A stretch of DNA of 38,774 nucleotides. Origin: Klebsormidium nitens. Lineage: Eukaryota; Plantae; Klebsormidiophyceae. The translations under genes were made by a program, and so were the position numbers. Under the pieces are notes generated by a model. The model was not told the origin of the DNA and did not search any database. It was given only the letters and a program-made list of their open reading frames with translations. Below, in pieces: positions 11,469 through 22,171 of the stretch (positions within the stretch are counted from its first letter, which is position 1; every line of letters starts with the position of its first letter). The stretch is taken from NCBI GenBank assembly GCA_000708835.1, contig DF237696.1, positions 1-38,774 of the forward strand, given 5' to 3'.

Positions 11469-12331
11469 CTACTGGGGCATGGAGTTTTCATGCTCCCTAG
11501 TAGGCTCATACCCAAAGTCGATCAGGTCGGGCTGCTCCTTCTGTGGCCCCGTCTGCTCGACTTGGGCGACCTTTCGCTGCATGGGAGCCTGCATGGGGGG
11601 TTTGTTTGGGCAATCGGCAATCATGTGCCCTGGTTGCCTGCAATAAAAGCGTCCCCCCTCCTTGAGCAAGCGATTTCGCTCAGACTGGGTTAGTGGAGCT
11701 GGTCTGCACCTGAGGGCGTCGATCTCCATCGGGATTGGGCCAGATCCGTTCGGGTTAGCAGACCTGCTTGGCACATTGTTAGTGAAAGCGAGAGGCGGTC
11801 TGGCACTGGAGCACTGAAGCGGGACAAGAGCTCAACCGAGAAGGCACCCCAAGCATACAGTGTCATGTTCCCAGCATGTGCCTGGCACGTATAACGCCAC
11901 TAGGACTTAGCACCCCCAGAGAGCAATCCTGCTGCAAGAATCACATGCTTATCTGCGGGTGTCTCCATCCCCAGGAAGTACTACCCACAGTCAAAATTGA
12001 AGTTCTCCACAGCCCCTGGGGTGAAAGAACCATCATGGACTTCTGGGAATTTGAGCTTGGGAGTTTTACCTCCCGTCCCAGTGCTTGCGCCAAGCCCCGC
12101 CTCAGGTGCTTGCGCAGCTGGTGCTGCCTGGGTCACTCCAGCATCAGCAGCACCAAGTACAGCCGCGGCCACAACAAGTACAGTCTCTTCCAGCTCACGC
12201 TCCCCGAGCTGAGCCTGTACCTGCCGAAGCTCGCCCTGGAGCCCTGCCACTAGGCCTGTGAGCTGCTGGAGAGCTGCAGTGAAGCTCGCAGCTCCTCCTT
12301 GCGCCTCCCCAGGGTCTGCCGGCGTGATCAT
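11469..12331 (-). pseudogene. gag: Gypsy gag remnant
   Basis: KLKFPEVHDG..AVENFNFDCG*YF..LLSGGAKS*W..AWGAFSVELLSRF, then GPIPMEIDAL..ERNRLLKEGGRFYCRQPGHMIADCP (zinc knuckle with its first Cys lost). Two in-frame stops and an apparent internal deletion near 11790. Confidence 0.9.
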
Positions 12332-12423
12332 GGTCCCATGGTGTTACAGGAGAAGAGATTGAGCTAAGAAAAGAGAGGAAGAGCTGAGAAAGAGCGGGAC
12401 AGGAAGGAGAAGGATCATAAATC

Positions 12424-12435
12424 CTCTGAATACCA
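12424..12435 (-). promoter_or_regulatory. Primer-binding site, tRNA-iMet-like
   Basis: The minus strand reads ...TTTACA T TGGTATTCAGAG immediately after the LTR end. The canonical iMet PBS is TGGTATCAGAG; this one has an extra T. Confidence 0.75.
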
Positions 12436-12436
12436 A

Positions 12437-12712
12437 TGTAAACGGAAGCTGATTTCGCTAAGGCATTCTCCGCTTATACAAGGTAGAAACTCCTAGAGTA
12501 CTTGAGCCAGTGAGAAACTTGTAGAGAAGTTGCTGCCCCAAAACCAGAGAACTGAGAATGAGGGCTTACGTGGTCACGAGAAAGTCCACCTTTATAGTGA
12601 GCCGTAGCTCTCAGACACAAGATGCAAAACCAGAAAATATCGCAAGACTGAATGTGCAGTACAAGATTCGAATGTAGGCAGGGAGCCGTTAGGCGAGGCG
12701 AAGTGGCTTACA
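12437..12712 (-). repeat. 5' LTR of Gypsy relic 1
   Basis: Starts TGTAA next to the PBS and ends TTACA at 12708-12712 (5-bp inverted termini). The minus strand has a CTATAAAGG TATA-like box near 12590-12598. There is no partner LTR in the window, so the distal end is inferred. Confidence 0.65.
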
Positions 12713-13856
12713 TAGGACGGTTCAGATGTGTCAAGCATGCCAGCTGGATGTGAGCTGGATGCAATAACGGTCGAATATGTAATTCAAAGATCCACGTGTT
12801 ACACACTTGGTCCCTCGAAGCATATTCGGTGCCTTCGTTGTGTCGAAGTGTTGTACCTAATCTTTGTTGCCTATCTGGAGCAAACCCAATTGTCGCCTTT
12901 CAGGCGCCAATTTGTCGGGGGGGCAAGTTTGTGATGTGCGAAACGCCACGTATGCTCGATTTTTACAGGGGCTGCTTTATTATAGGGTGAAGAAGTCTTG
13001 GACAAGTCCAAGATGCATTGGCGACGGTACACTTGGCAAGTTGGCGGGGCCGCATGTTGTCCTATCCAACATGTGTCATTCTCGATACCGAGACACGAGG
13101 AGCAGTATAAGTGGATGTCCGCGTAACTATCCGGGCATTTCCCCAAGTCCGTGAAGAGTCTTGGAAGAGTTTGTCACGTAGCTACCGGTAAGATGTGAGT
13201 AGCCCGGTACTGATAGTATACGCAGTCAGTTCATGGCACGAGGCTATCTTATGCAGACTCGTATCAAGCATTACGGCACGCCGCAAAAGTTACTTCACAC
13301 GCGCCTTGAAAAAAAAACGAGACGGCAAATTGCTTCGAACCATCGAAATCACCAGTCGATGACTTACCGGTCTGTGGCCTGCCAAAACAGCGTTCGATGG
13401 ATAAAATCTGCTTTACCGAGTGGCGATCCAGTCGAGCATTCTCACGTTCGGGGTTTTCAAACGCTGGTGGGGAAAACGATAGCTGGTTTTTTGTAAACCA
13501 AAAAAACCGAGCAAAACAGAAGTGTCGCAACACTGAAAAGTACATTTTCGACATTCGATCTTCATACGTGACGAACATAACCGGCCGCCAAGTCAAATTG
13601 TGAGCCTACTAGGCTTACATCGTAGAATCGAAAATTTTCCGATAGCCGGACGGCATATTCGGGGCATATTCGAGCGCAGGCCTCGCGATGCCCGACAACT
13701 TCATCACTGTGAAAGCGTGTTGTCGAAGCATATTGACACCATGACCATTTCAAATTGCCAAATTGAAACACTTCGCAGTATGTTACAGGCACCTACGCCT
13801 GCTTGAAGTAAGTACCGTTTCTTCGAGCGACGGTGATACGCCGTGTAAAACCTTTT

Positions 13857-13880
13857 TTTGCCCCTATTTATAGGGGCAAA
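13857..13880. promoter_or_regulatory. 11-bp-stem palindrome centred on TATTTATA, ~125 bp upstream of the methyltransferase ATG
   Basis: TTTGCCCCTAT-TT-ATAGGGGCAAA is seen directly; a promoter role is inferred from position only. Confidence 0.35.
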
Positions 13881-14005
13881 TTACTGAGCAAGTGTCGCAG
13901 AAGTGTTGCAACACTTTCGGAGTGTCGCGTAGTTGTTGGCCGACGGTCGGTTGCGACCGTCGAGGGACCGTCGCAAACCTAGGTCCGCATATAACTAGCA
14001 TTTGC

Positions 14006-15524
14006 ATGATGGCTCATTGTCCAGAGATAACCAGCATGAAGCAGTTTAATGCAAAAAGTGCGGTGTTTCTGGTCAGAGGCGGCATACTTCTTCTTTTAAG
14101 CGTCATAACGTTATCTGTGCTCATTGTTCTCCTTCCTCAAGGTACCCTCAATCAAGCATGGTTTCGGCAGGTATGTGTTCATTGACCTATGCAATGGTGG
14201 CTAAGCAATGGTTGCTCTTTTTGGAACAATCAATGCAACATGTTCAGAATTCCATATCAACTCTCTGAGGAAACAATCTTTGAATTCCACCGCCAGTCTT
14301 CAATGTTCTACAACATTCTGCTGCGAGCAAGAGGTATAGTGTGGTTTGCAAAGGTAGTGATATTTGATTTAGATGTAGACTAGGACGGGGGGCAGAAAGC
14401 AGAGTTATCATGGAGCATGCTTTTTTGTTGATCTCTAGGCTTGGAGACAAAATTGTTAATTCTATGCCACATGTACCAGGGTTTGTAGGTCAAAAGCTGC
14501 TTGTGTGTAATATTTGTGGAACACATCAGGTAACACTTTTGTTTGAGAACCCTGACCATCATTTGCATATGGACATGTTATCTTGAAAGCTTAACACGGT
14601 CTATCTTTTCGTTGTGTCCACTTTCTCGTCAGAGACCAACTGCCAGCCAATGTTTGATATATGTGTGCATGTTGATTCTTTCTGCAGGCATGCACCAGTA
14701 GGACAGAGGGCTCCACTTCTGGGGCCTATGGGGGAGATCCATACTGGGACAATGCTGCAGCAAGCCTTTCACAGTGGCAGAATACTTTGTTTCTCAGGCT
14801 ATCGGCCCTTTATCGATTGAGCACCGTATGCAGCCAGTTAAGCTGTCCTAATGTGCCAGACGAGCCACCTGCCCATGACCGATTTGATCTGTTTGATCCT
14901 GTGGTTGGCTGCCCAACCTCGCTGTCTCTTGCCCGTTGGGGAGGAAAGGGCGATGGGGGCAAGTGGCTGTGTGGGGTGGACACTTTGAAAGAGGGGTGCA
15001 TCATACTCAGCCTTGGAAGCAAGGGCCAGTATGGCTTTGAGAAATCGATGCTGACAAACACACCTTGCGAGGTGCACACTTTTGATTGCACTTTCGATGG
15101 ATCCAGCCAAGGACCTCGCCATCACTACCACAAGCTATGCCTTGGCAGCGCTGAGAAGGCGGCTGAAGACCCATTGTTTGTCAGCCTTAGTGAAGCGGTA
15201 AAGATGCTTGACGTCACAGTAGTGAGCATCCTGAAAATGGATATTGAAGGTTTTGAGTACGACGTTATGGCAGCGTGGCAGAAGACAGACCCACTGCCAT
15301 CCCAAATCTCGTTCGAGTTGCATTGGAGTGGTGTGTATTTCAAGACAAATCCAGGTCCAGATTCCAAGACTGTGATGTGGAAGGGCAGGGTTGTAAGTGT
15401 AGCAGAGTTGGCAGTTTTCATGACACATCTGGCCAATCTAGGCTATGCCGTGGTCAGTAAGGAGAACAATATCAGGTGTGGCCATTGCAGCGAGCTTACC
15501 ATTATCAGAGTCCGTCAAGGTTGA
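14006..15524 (+). CDS. Membrane-anchored SAM-dependent methyltransferase, METTL24-like / Methyltransf_22 family; two exons (14006-14170, 14688-15524), ~333 aa
   Basis: Exon 1 encodes a hydrophobic anchor (GGILLLLSVITLSVLIVLLP) and ends CAG|GTATGT. The acceptor TTTCTGCAG at 14687 resumes in phase 0 and stays open to TGA at 15524. Motifs: GDGGKWLCG, CIILSLGSKGQYGFE, CEVHTFDCT, ILKMDIEGFEYDV, QISFELH, ENNIRCGHCSELT. The start codon could be 14006, 14009 or 14034. Confidence 0.85.
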
Positions 15525-17890
15525 ATTTAAGTCTCTTTTTCTTTAGAATCCCTTCCAGTCTGTTACCTTAGAATTTCTTCCAGTTCACAGATGATCCGGA
15601 AACAAAGACCGTCAGTCGATCTTTGCTTTTTTGGGACTCTTGTTGATAGTACTAGAGGAGAATACGTTGTGGTTAATCGACTAAAGATACAAAGATTTTG
15701 CACATTGTGGGTGACTGCACAACCTAGACAACTCCCTACAATGTCGTTTGCCTTCCCAATCATAAGGGTGTACATAGGACTCTTTTTTTCAATGGCTTTA
15801 GTTTGGGGTTTTGCCACATCATCTGGTTGGTTTTGTTGGACAACTCGAATGACCGCATGCCACGTACTATCCGGCATCATGTAGACAAGTCTACTATTGC
15901 GTGACACCCTAACACTAACTCTCTGGTATCGGCAACTTCCGCGCAATCATTATTGGACTGTCCATATGACACCCTCCTAGGGATCAGTCCGCATGTCGAA
16001 GATCCTCACTCTGTAGTAGTGTGCAATTCTCAGCAACCGCCTTTTGGCTCAGTAGTGTACCGGGTGGTGGGGGTGTCATATAGGCTGCGCGGCAAATTGT
16101 TTTTTAACAGATCACACTCTTTTTTACATTCATGGATCGAATTGAAACTCGCTGCTTAGCTTATCTGGAACAAAGCATTTTGGAAGTAGCTTGGGAATGT
16201 GTGCCCCTAAACCCGCCCCAGTGAGTCAGCCCGGCCCGTTGTTTGATGGAGAATTGGTAGGGGAATTCCAGAATTCGGATGAGATAAGCTTTGAAGACAG
16301 TGCTGGGGCATTGGGGGGCGGCTGAGCCCGGGGGAAAATAGCACCCGAGCACTATGAGACGGACCGGCAGCTAGTGCATATCATAGCTATTGGACTCGGG
16401 GGGGCCCTCGCAGCCTTAGCTGTCAGTATACTTTTCACTGCGCCGTTCAAGACCGGCGTAGCTCAAATCACTGACAACAAGTTAAATCGATACCGGCCTC
16501 GACGACGTATTGCCCTCTTATCCGATGATCGTGCGTAGGTCTACCAAGTGCGCACGTGCCAACATCAACTTCAATCTATATAGACCGCAGAGTGTATCCT
16601 TCTAACGCTCGCGCCTGCGCCCTTCTGTGGCAATTGCGTACCCCCGGCTTTTTGTCCCACGTGGTTGGGGTGATTGGAGCACGGTTGTGGCGCACTTAGC
16701 TCGTGCGGGGCAGCGCGGCCAGCTTAAGGCATGCGCGCTCAGCCGCGATAGTCGCCTGCGCGGCGGATTTGTGTGACGATTCGTGTCTATTAACTGCATT
16801 CCGAACTTGTCACTGTATTTTACTGTGCCTATTGGCGCATCTACTCTAGTCTTTTACATGTAATAGTGTTACCTTAGAAATCGCCTTGCTCGGAAACATG
16901 CTAGCTAGGTGCATGATGCAGATAGGTCATTAATGCATAACAATGATGCAGACTGGCTGGTTGGTCATATCATCAAACAAGCCCACGGGAAGCCCACCTA
17001 ATCAAAAGTTCATCAAAAGCATTCACCAACATTTAGATAGTTGAAGCGGGTCGGTCGGCGCGCAATGAAAACAGAAAACAGTGGGTCAAGCACTTGGTGG
17101 CCGCAAGGCGGCGCACACAAGCGGATTCTTCCTATCTCTTCCAGGAAAGAATGTTCAATTTCTTCTTGTCTCTTCTCTTTTGATCGTGTCTTTCCCATCT
17201 AGCCTATCACGGGCAGTCAGCGACCAGAAGTCATGCTGGCAACCGACCCCGTATCTACTCGGCTCTTTCTAGAATTTGGGTCTTAGTTCCACGTGATCTA
17301 CTGCGTACCATCTTTAGATTCTAATTGAAGACTACGAAGCTTCCGGTCACTTTCTTCTGATTCTAGAGTGTTCCGAAGGGTCGCCACGTGTCGCCTCCCG
17401 ATTCGGCGCGCAGAAGTAACGCCACTTACTTTAGCCAATCAGATGATGCTCGTTTCCGCTTGTATGGTCGGGGTGTCGCCACCAATGATTGATTCCGATT
17501 CACAGGGTTTGCACGGTTGGTGTCTGTCGCGCGTACGCGCGCGCAGGGCGCTCAGTCACGTAGTGGGTCTTTGAGGATAGTAAGTTTTTGAGGTAACATA
17601 GACTGGAGTAGATGCCCGCATTTCGATTCCGATGCGTCTGGTCTTCTATGTTTCCCGTTCTTCAATATGCTCAGCAGCGGATCACGTGCGTCTCTGGCAA
17701 TCAGACTTTTTCCGGTCACATGGTGATCATTGTCATGATTTGGCAAACGAGATGCCGCATATCTTTCATCATGTGCGAGTCTGCAAGTATATCTGCATAA
17801 TGCATAGAATGAACGTCGTGACATTGCGTGCATGCATAAGTTAGACTGAAGCCGAAGGTTCGTCCCTAACTTGCTTACCTATTCTGCCTA

Positions 17891-18167
17891 GGCATCGTGT
17901 CAAAACATATGTGCAGTGGCGTCCGGTTTTAGCAATTTTTCTGGAGGGGCTGGTGGCCGGTTCTCGGAGCACCGCCAAGATGACTCGAAGGGGCTGGTGC
18001 CAGTGCCCGGCTTAGAATCAGTTCGATTTCGCGTATGGGCATCGTGTCGAAACATATGTGCAGTGGCGTCCGGAACTCCGGCTTTCCGAATTTCCTTGGT
18101 TGGGCTGGTGGCCGGTTTTCGGAGCTCTCCCTGGCAAAGAGTCGAGGGGGCTGGAGCCGGTGCCCGG
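17891..18167. repeat. Two diverged direct copies of a ~120-130-bp unit (period 147)
   Basis: GGCATCGTGTC(A/G)AAACATATGTGCAGTGGCGTCCGG...GGGCTGGTGGCCGGTT.TCGGAGC...GGGGCTGG.GCC.GTGCCCGG occurs at 17891-18010 and 18038-18167. Confidence 0.85.
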
Positions 18168-19305
18168 TTGACCTTAAATGACAGAGTTTAAAAAGTCATG
18201 AACTTCATGAACTTCCGCCTTCAAATGTTTAATCAGCCTCGTCTGATGTATCCATGTACCTACTCTCGCCAGCCCTCTGCAAGAGGTCCAGGCACACCCC
18301 AAGTTCCAACCGACCGGTCTCAGAGAAGATATGGTCAAATTACGGGTTTTGTCGACAATGATACTTAAGGGCCCAGCCGCATATACATCCGTATCCTTGC
18401 CTTATACAGCTCCGAAGTGGACTCTAGTAACCAATGGGAAATCCAGTGGTCGTGTTTTTTAAATAAAACGTAATGATTTGCAGGCCCCATCTATATGTAT
18501 CTGATTCCACTAATATTTGCCGTCGGGGCTTCGGCAGTGGGCACCCCCCTGGTGGCCGGTGTTTTTCGGGTCGATTTCTGGCCGGGCCGTACCGTAGCCT
18601 AACTGTGAAGTTTGCTACGAATTTTTGCTACTACGCGGATTTTGGCGATGTTGGCGACCCCTGAGGATGCGCGAGCTCTGAGTCGTGTGCAAATCGCTCT
18701 GGTGATTTTGCACGTACGATCACTGAATAAAACATTTAAATAAGAAGTGTGCTACAATAATGCCTAGGTGTTGGATCAGTGTAATTCTGGAGCCTTTGCA
18801 TAACTTGTCAGCATTCGTCATAGGTAGCATTGTTGGATACTTCGAAATTGAACGCTGTTCCGATTGTTTCATGCGCTATGCACCTGGGTGTGCACGCGTT
18901 CATTAATACGAAGTGACCATCACTCCTGATGTGCGCGCCAATTTTGCCCGCCGGCTCGGACTTCATTTGAAGAAGTTTGGATTTGCAAAGCGCGGTACCC
19001 TACCTGGCAGCCAAGTATGGTACCGGTAAACTAAGCTAGAGTGATATTACGTGCGAGCATTCCTACTTGAAAGGTCTCCGTACAAAGGGGAGTCGGAGCA
19101 GCTGGCAGTTGCTTTCTCGGTCTCGCGCCAGGGCCGCGCATATCTACATGCGAAGGATAGCCAAGCTGGATTGTAGTACTAATATCATACTAAAATAGCC
19201 ATAGGTATTCCTCTTCAGGGCTAGTATCTAGACTAGGATGTGGTAACATCACGGACCTGAGTTCCCGAGGTATTACTTCCCTATTCAATATTCCCTATGC
19301 AATAA

Positions 19306-19658
19306 GGTTGCGCGTCGACCGAAAACCTACCACCCCCCACTCTTATGTTGTTAGAACACGTGGTTCAGAAAACCTTGGTTTCGGCAGAGGTTTGCAGCAA
19401 ACCCTTCACATCTGTGCGCCCTGTATCACCCAATTCTGCACCAAAATGCTCCATCCAAAGCAAGTAGGCAATGGCCATGTGTGGTGGCAATTGCCGACAA
19501 GGCTTCTTTGAGCAGAAAAGATGCGAAGTTGATAGATGTAGGCGACACAATCACTTCAGTGTTGCAAACCTCTTACAAACCCAGATTTATGGAAAGCAGG
19601 CCTCTGATTGGTTGAAAAACCTGGGATGACCTCGGAGGTTTTCGGTCGACGCGCAACC
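19306..19658. mobile_element. Tourist-like (PIF/Harbinger) MITE, 353 bp
   Basis: Perfect 23-bp TIR GGTTGCGCGTCGACCGAAAACCT (19306-19328) / AGGTTTTCGGTCGACGCGCAACC (19636-19658), flanked by TAA on both sides (19303-19305, 19659-19661). TAA is the PIF/Harbinger target-site duplication. Confidence 0.88.
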
Positions 19659-21500
19659 TAATCAACTTCCCAATTCAACCTTAGGTCGGATCATTTGCCG
19701 CCAGCCTCCGGCCAGCCAGCAGTCCGACTGAAGCTCCCTGAGCTGCCAGATAATTGCACATTGCACGTATGCATCGACGCAATGCCAGTGATAGCATGAG
19801 CTTTAATGCATCGTGTGTTCAATAATTGCTGCATTTTTAGTACGCCCCACAGTATTACTGCATGCGTATGGCCATAGGCTGTACTACTATTATCATATTA
19901 GTACACTGAGCAGTAATTCGTTTGCTATTGCCTAGTTTATCTTTCTATCTTTCGCAAGCCTGACAGTGATGGTCGGCTGAGGGCCCTGCTGAGCTGGAGC
20001 AGGTTCCTAGTGCCTAGTCAGCTGGGGCGAGGCTGACACTTGGACACGTCACGGCAGCTTACACCGCTGCAACTTAGCCCCGCTACAGTAGGTGCTCCCA
20101 TCACTCCAGCACCAAACAAATGTATACCAGCCACCATCAGCCGCAGCCAACGTTGGCAAAGCAGATGTCAACGTTTAAGTCTCCAGGGCAATTGATATCC
20201 ACCGCTTGGAGGACAATCCGCCGTCCAAAACCTAGCAGCACTGCTGCCAGTGACAGCCAAGTCGTGCATCGAAGGCTTGATAAGCTGTTCACCTTAGCAC
20301 AGTCAGACGTCATGATCTACACGACTTACTAGCTGGGCCGTCCCCGCTGCGCCTTGAGAACTGGTATTGGGCCGCCTTATCAGTCAAGAGGAGCTCATTG
20401 AAAAGCTTTTGATGTACGTACGTAAGCAGCGCAGTTAATGGCGGGTGGAATGAATCAAACTACTCGGTAGAATCTACTTTCGAGGGGCAGACTCGTGATT
20501 GCTTAGCTCAAAGTTTGATCAAACGTCACGTTCTTCCAGGAGCTTTCCGTAATGCCTTCCGTACTGACACGTTGGTGGGTTGCAACAAAAGCAGCGTGCG
20601 CGGATCGGAGCACATCTCGTGCCTACCCACAACCTGATAACAGTGTCCCTCCACAAACACTGTTCCAAAAACCTTTCTAGGCGTCTGCCTGAGGTTCTCA
20701 GACGAAGAAGGGTAAGCCTTGCGTTTGTCTTGCTTGCTGTCCAAATGCGGTCTTTCTTTCTTTTTAAGCCACTTGAAGGAGTACATGGCTTCTCAAATGC
20801 AATCAGCAAATACACAGCTTCAATGATACTAACGCATGCTTTAGGCAGAATCTTTGAAGCGAGTAGCTAAACCTTTAGGAGCTTCCAGTAGGTGTAGCTG
20901 TTGTTCTATATTGGCAGCCTCCATGCCTCTTTTGTACTTTCCTTCGGCCCGATTTCTGGCCATCTTCCGTTCCTTGCTCATCCACATCAGGCCTACCAGC
21001 CAGCTGAGAGGTGTGACTCAGAGTCAAGCGTGTGTTCACCCAATTGACAAAGATCTGAGGTCGATCACCTTCCTGACTAGGACTTCTCATTCCGCATGCT
21101 CGACTCTAGAGTGGCACACAGCCCCGTCCAACATCTGCTCTGTACATTTTGACAACGTTTTTGGCAGAGTGAATGGTACTGCACGACGTCTTTATTGAAA
21201 GGGAACGAGTCGCCTTCGCGTGTCCAAGTGCAGGAAAGTCTGCCCGCGCTGCCCGCGGTGAGTCATTTCTGCACACAAGTGAGCTTTCGTGCTTGTAGCA
21301 CACAATTAGACATTCTATGATTCAAATCTGCTTGTCAAATCTATCAGATAAAGGATCGACGGACTCCGAAAAGACTACCTAGTGTCACAGGCAAGGAAAA
21401 TGTGTCTGGACGAATAAGTGTACTGGAAAGGTTACCTCTAACCATACTGGATTTCCGCGGAAATCCGGTTACCTACACTAAAACCTAAGGTTAAGGTGAC

Positions 21501-21660
21501 GAAACCCTAAAATCGTCCCGGGGAGGTGGTTAACCCCCCACCCTACTCTAACCCAACCCCAACCCTAACCGCCGACCAGCCCCACCCGTCCCAGGGAGGT
21601 GGCGTACCCGCCACCCTACCCTAACCCACCCTAACCACCAGCCAGCCCTACCCGGTCCCA
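21501..21660. repeat. Degenerate telomere-like (CCCTAA) repeats within a ~70-bp tandem unit
   Basis: AAACCCTAA at 21502-21510 and several ACCCTAACC/ACCCTAC motifs. The unit CGTCCC(A/G)GGGAGGTGG...CCACCCTAC.CTAACCCA starts at 21514 and 21587, with a partial third copy at 21654. Confidence 0.7.
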
Positions 21661-22171
21661 GGCAGGCCCGACCCGAAACCACGTACCGTACGGTTCATAT
21701 AAGTTACGCAAACCGGTCACTACAGCGAGTCGGCGGTAGCGTAGCGGCTAGCGTTAGCCTACTGTAGTGTCTCAGAACAGTGCATCGGTTCAGTTCCGGT
21801 AGGAACACCGAGTTCCTTTTGCTACGACAGTGTTCTGACTTAGTCCTAGTGTGGTTGCCGCGATTTTCGCGGAATTCCAGCTTGGTAAAGTTTAGCTTCC
21901 CCCTAAATAAGTGTGCAATTTGCAAATTGGTCTTTGGTATTTCCACTCTGTTTCGCAAAAGCTAAAGTTCGAGCGCGGCAACTCGATCGGCCTGGCAGAT
22001 GCAAGCCCGCTCTCCTCGCGCTGTCGCGCCTAGCTGTCAAGTGCGTTTACTATCAGTTGGACACTTTTCGGTGCTTCTGATCTGGGGATCTTTATCCATT
22101 GTTCCATCAGATGATGCAGCTCACTATACTTCACCATCTGCGCTGCGCATGCTCATTGTAAGCTTTGTTTT

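Larger units (their letters stand above)
9270..12712 (-). mobile_element. Ty3/Gypsy LTR retrotransposon relic 1 (5' LTR-PBS-gag-PR-RT-RH; integrase and 3' LTR missing)
   Basis: LTR, PBS, gag and pol domains occur in Gypsy order on the minus strand, with multiple stops and frameshifts. Pol homology stops at about 9270 (after AHFSFTD). Confidence 0.93.

Noticed and set aside
15563-16160. ORFs downstream of the methyltransferase on both strands
   Set aside because: No recognisable domain, stops in the longer candidate frames, and no convincing exon structure.
19177-19904. Short inverted match GTACTAATAT / ATATTAGTAC around the Tourist MITE
   Set aside because: Only 10 bp match perfectly in AT-rich sequence, extension is poor, and there is no target-site duplication.
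20519-21003. Coding-like minus-strand fragments (WLVGLMWMSKERKMARNRAEGKYKRGMEAANIEQQLHLLEAP)
   Set aside because: Short, stop-interrupted and with no identifiable family; not enough to call a gene.
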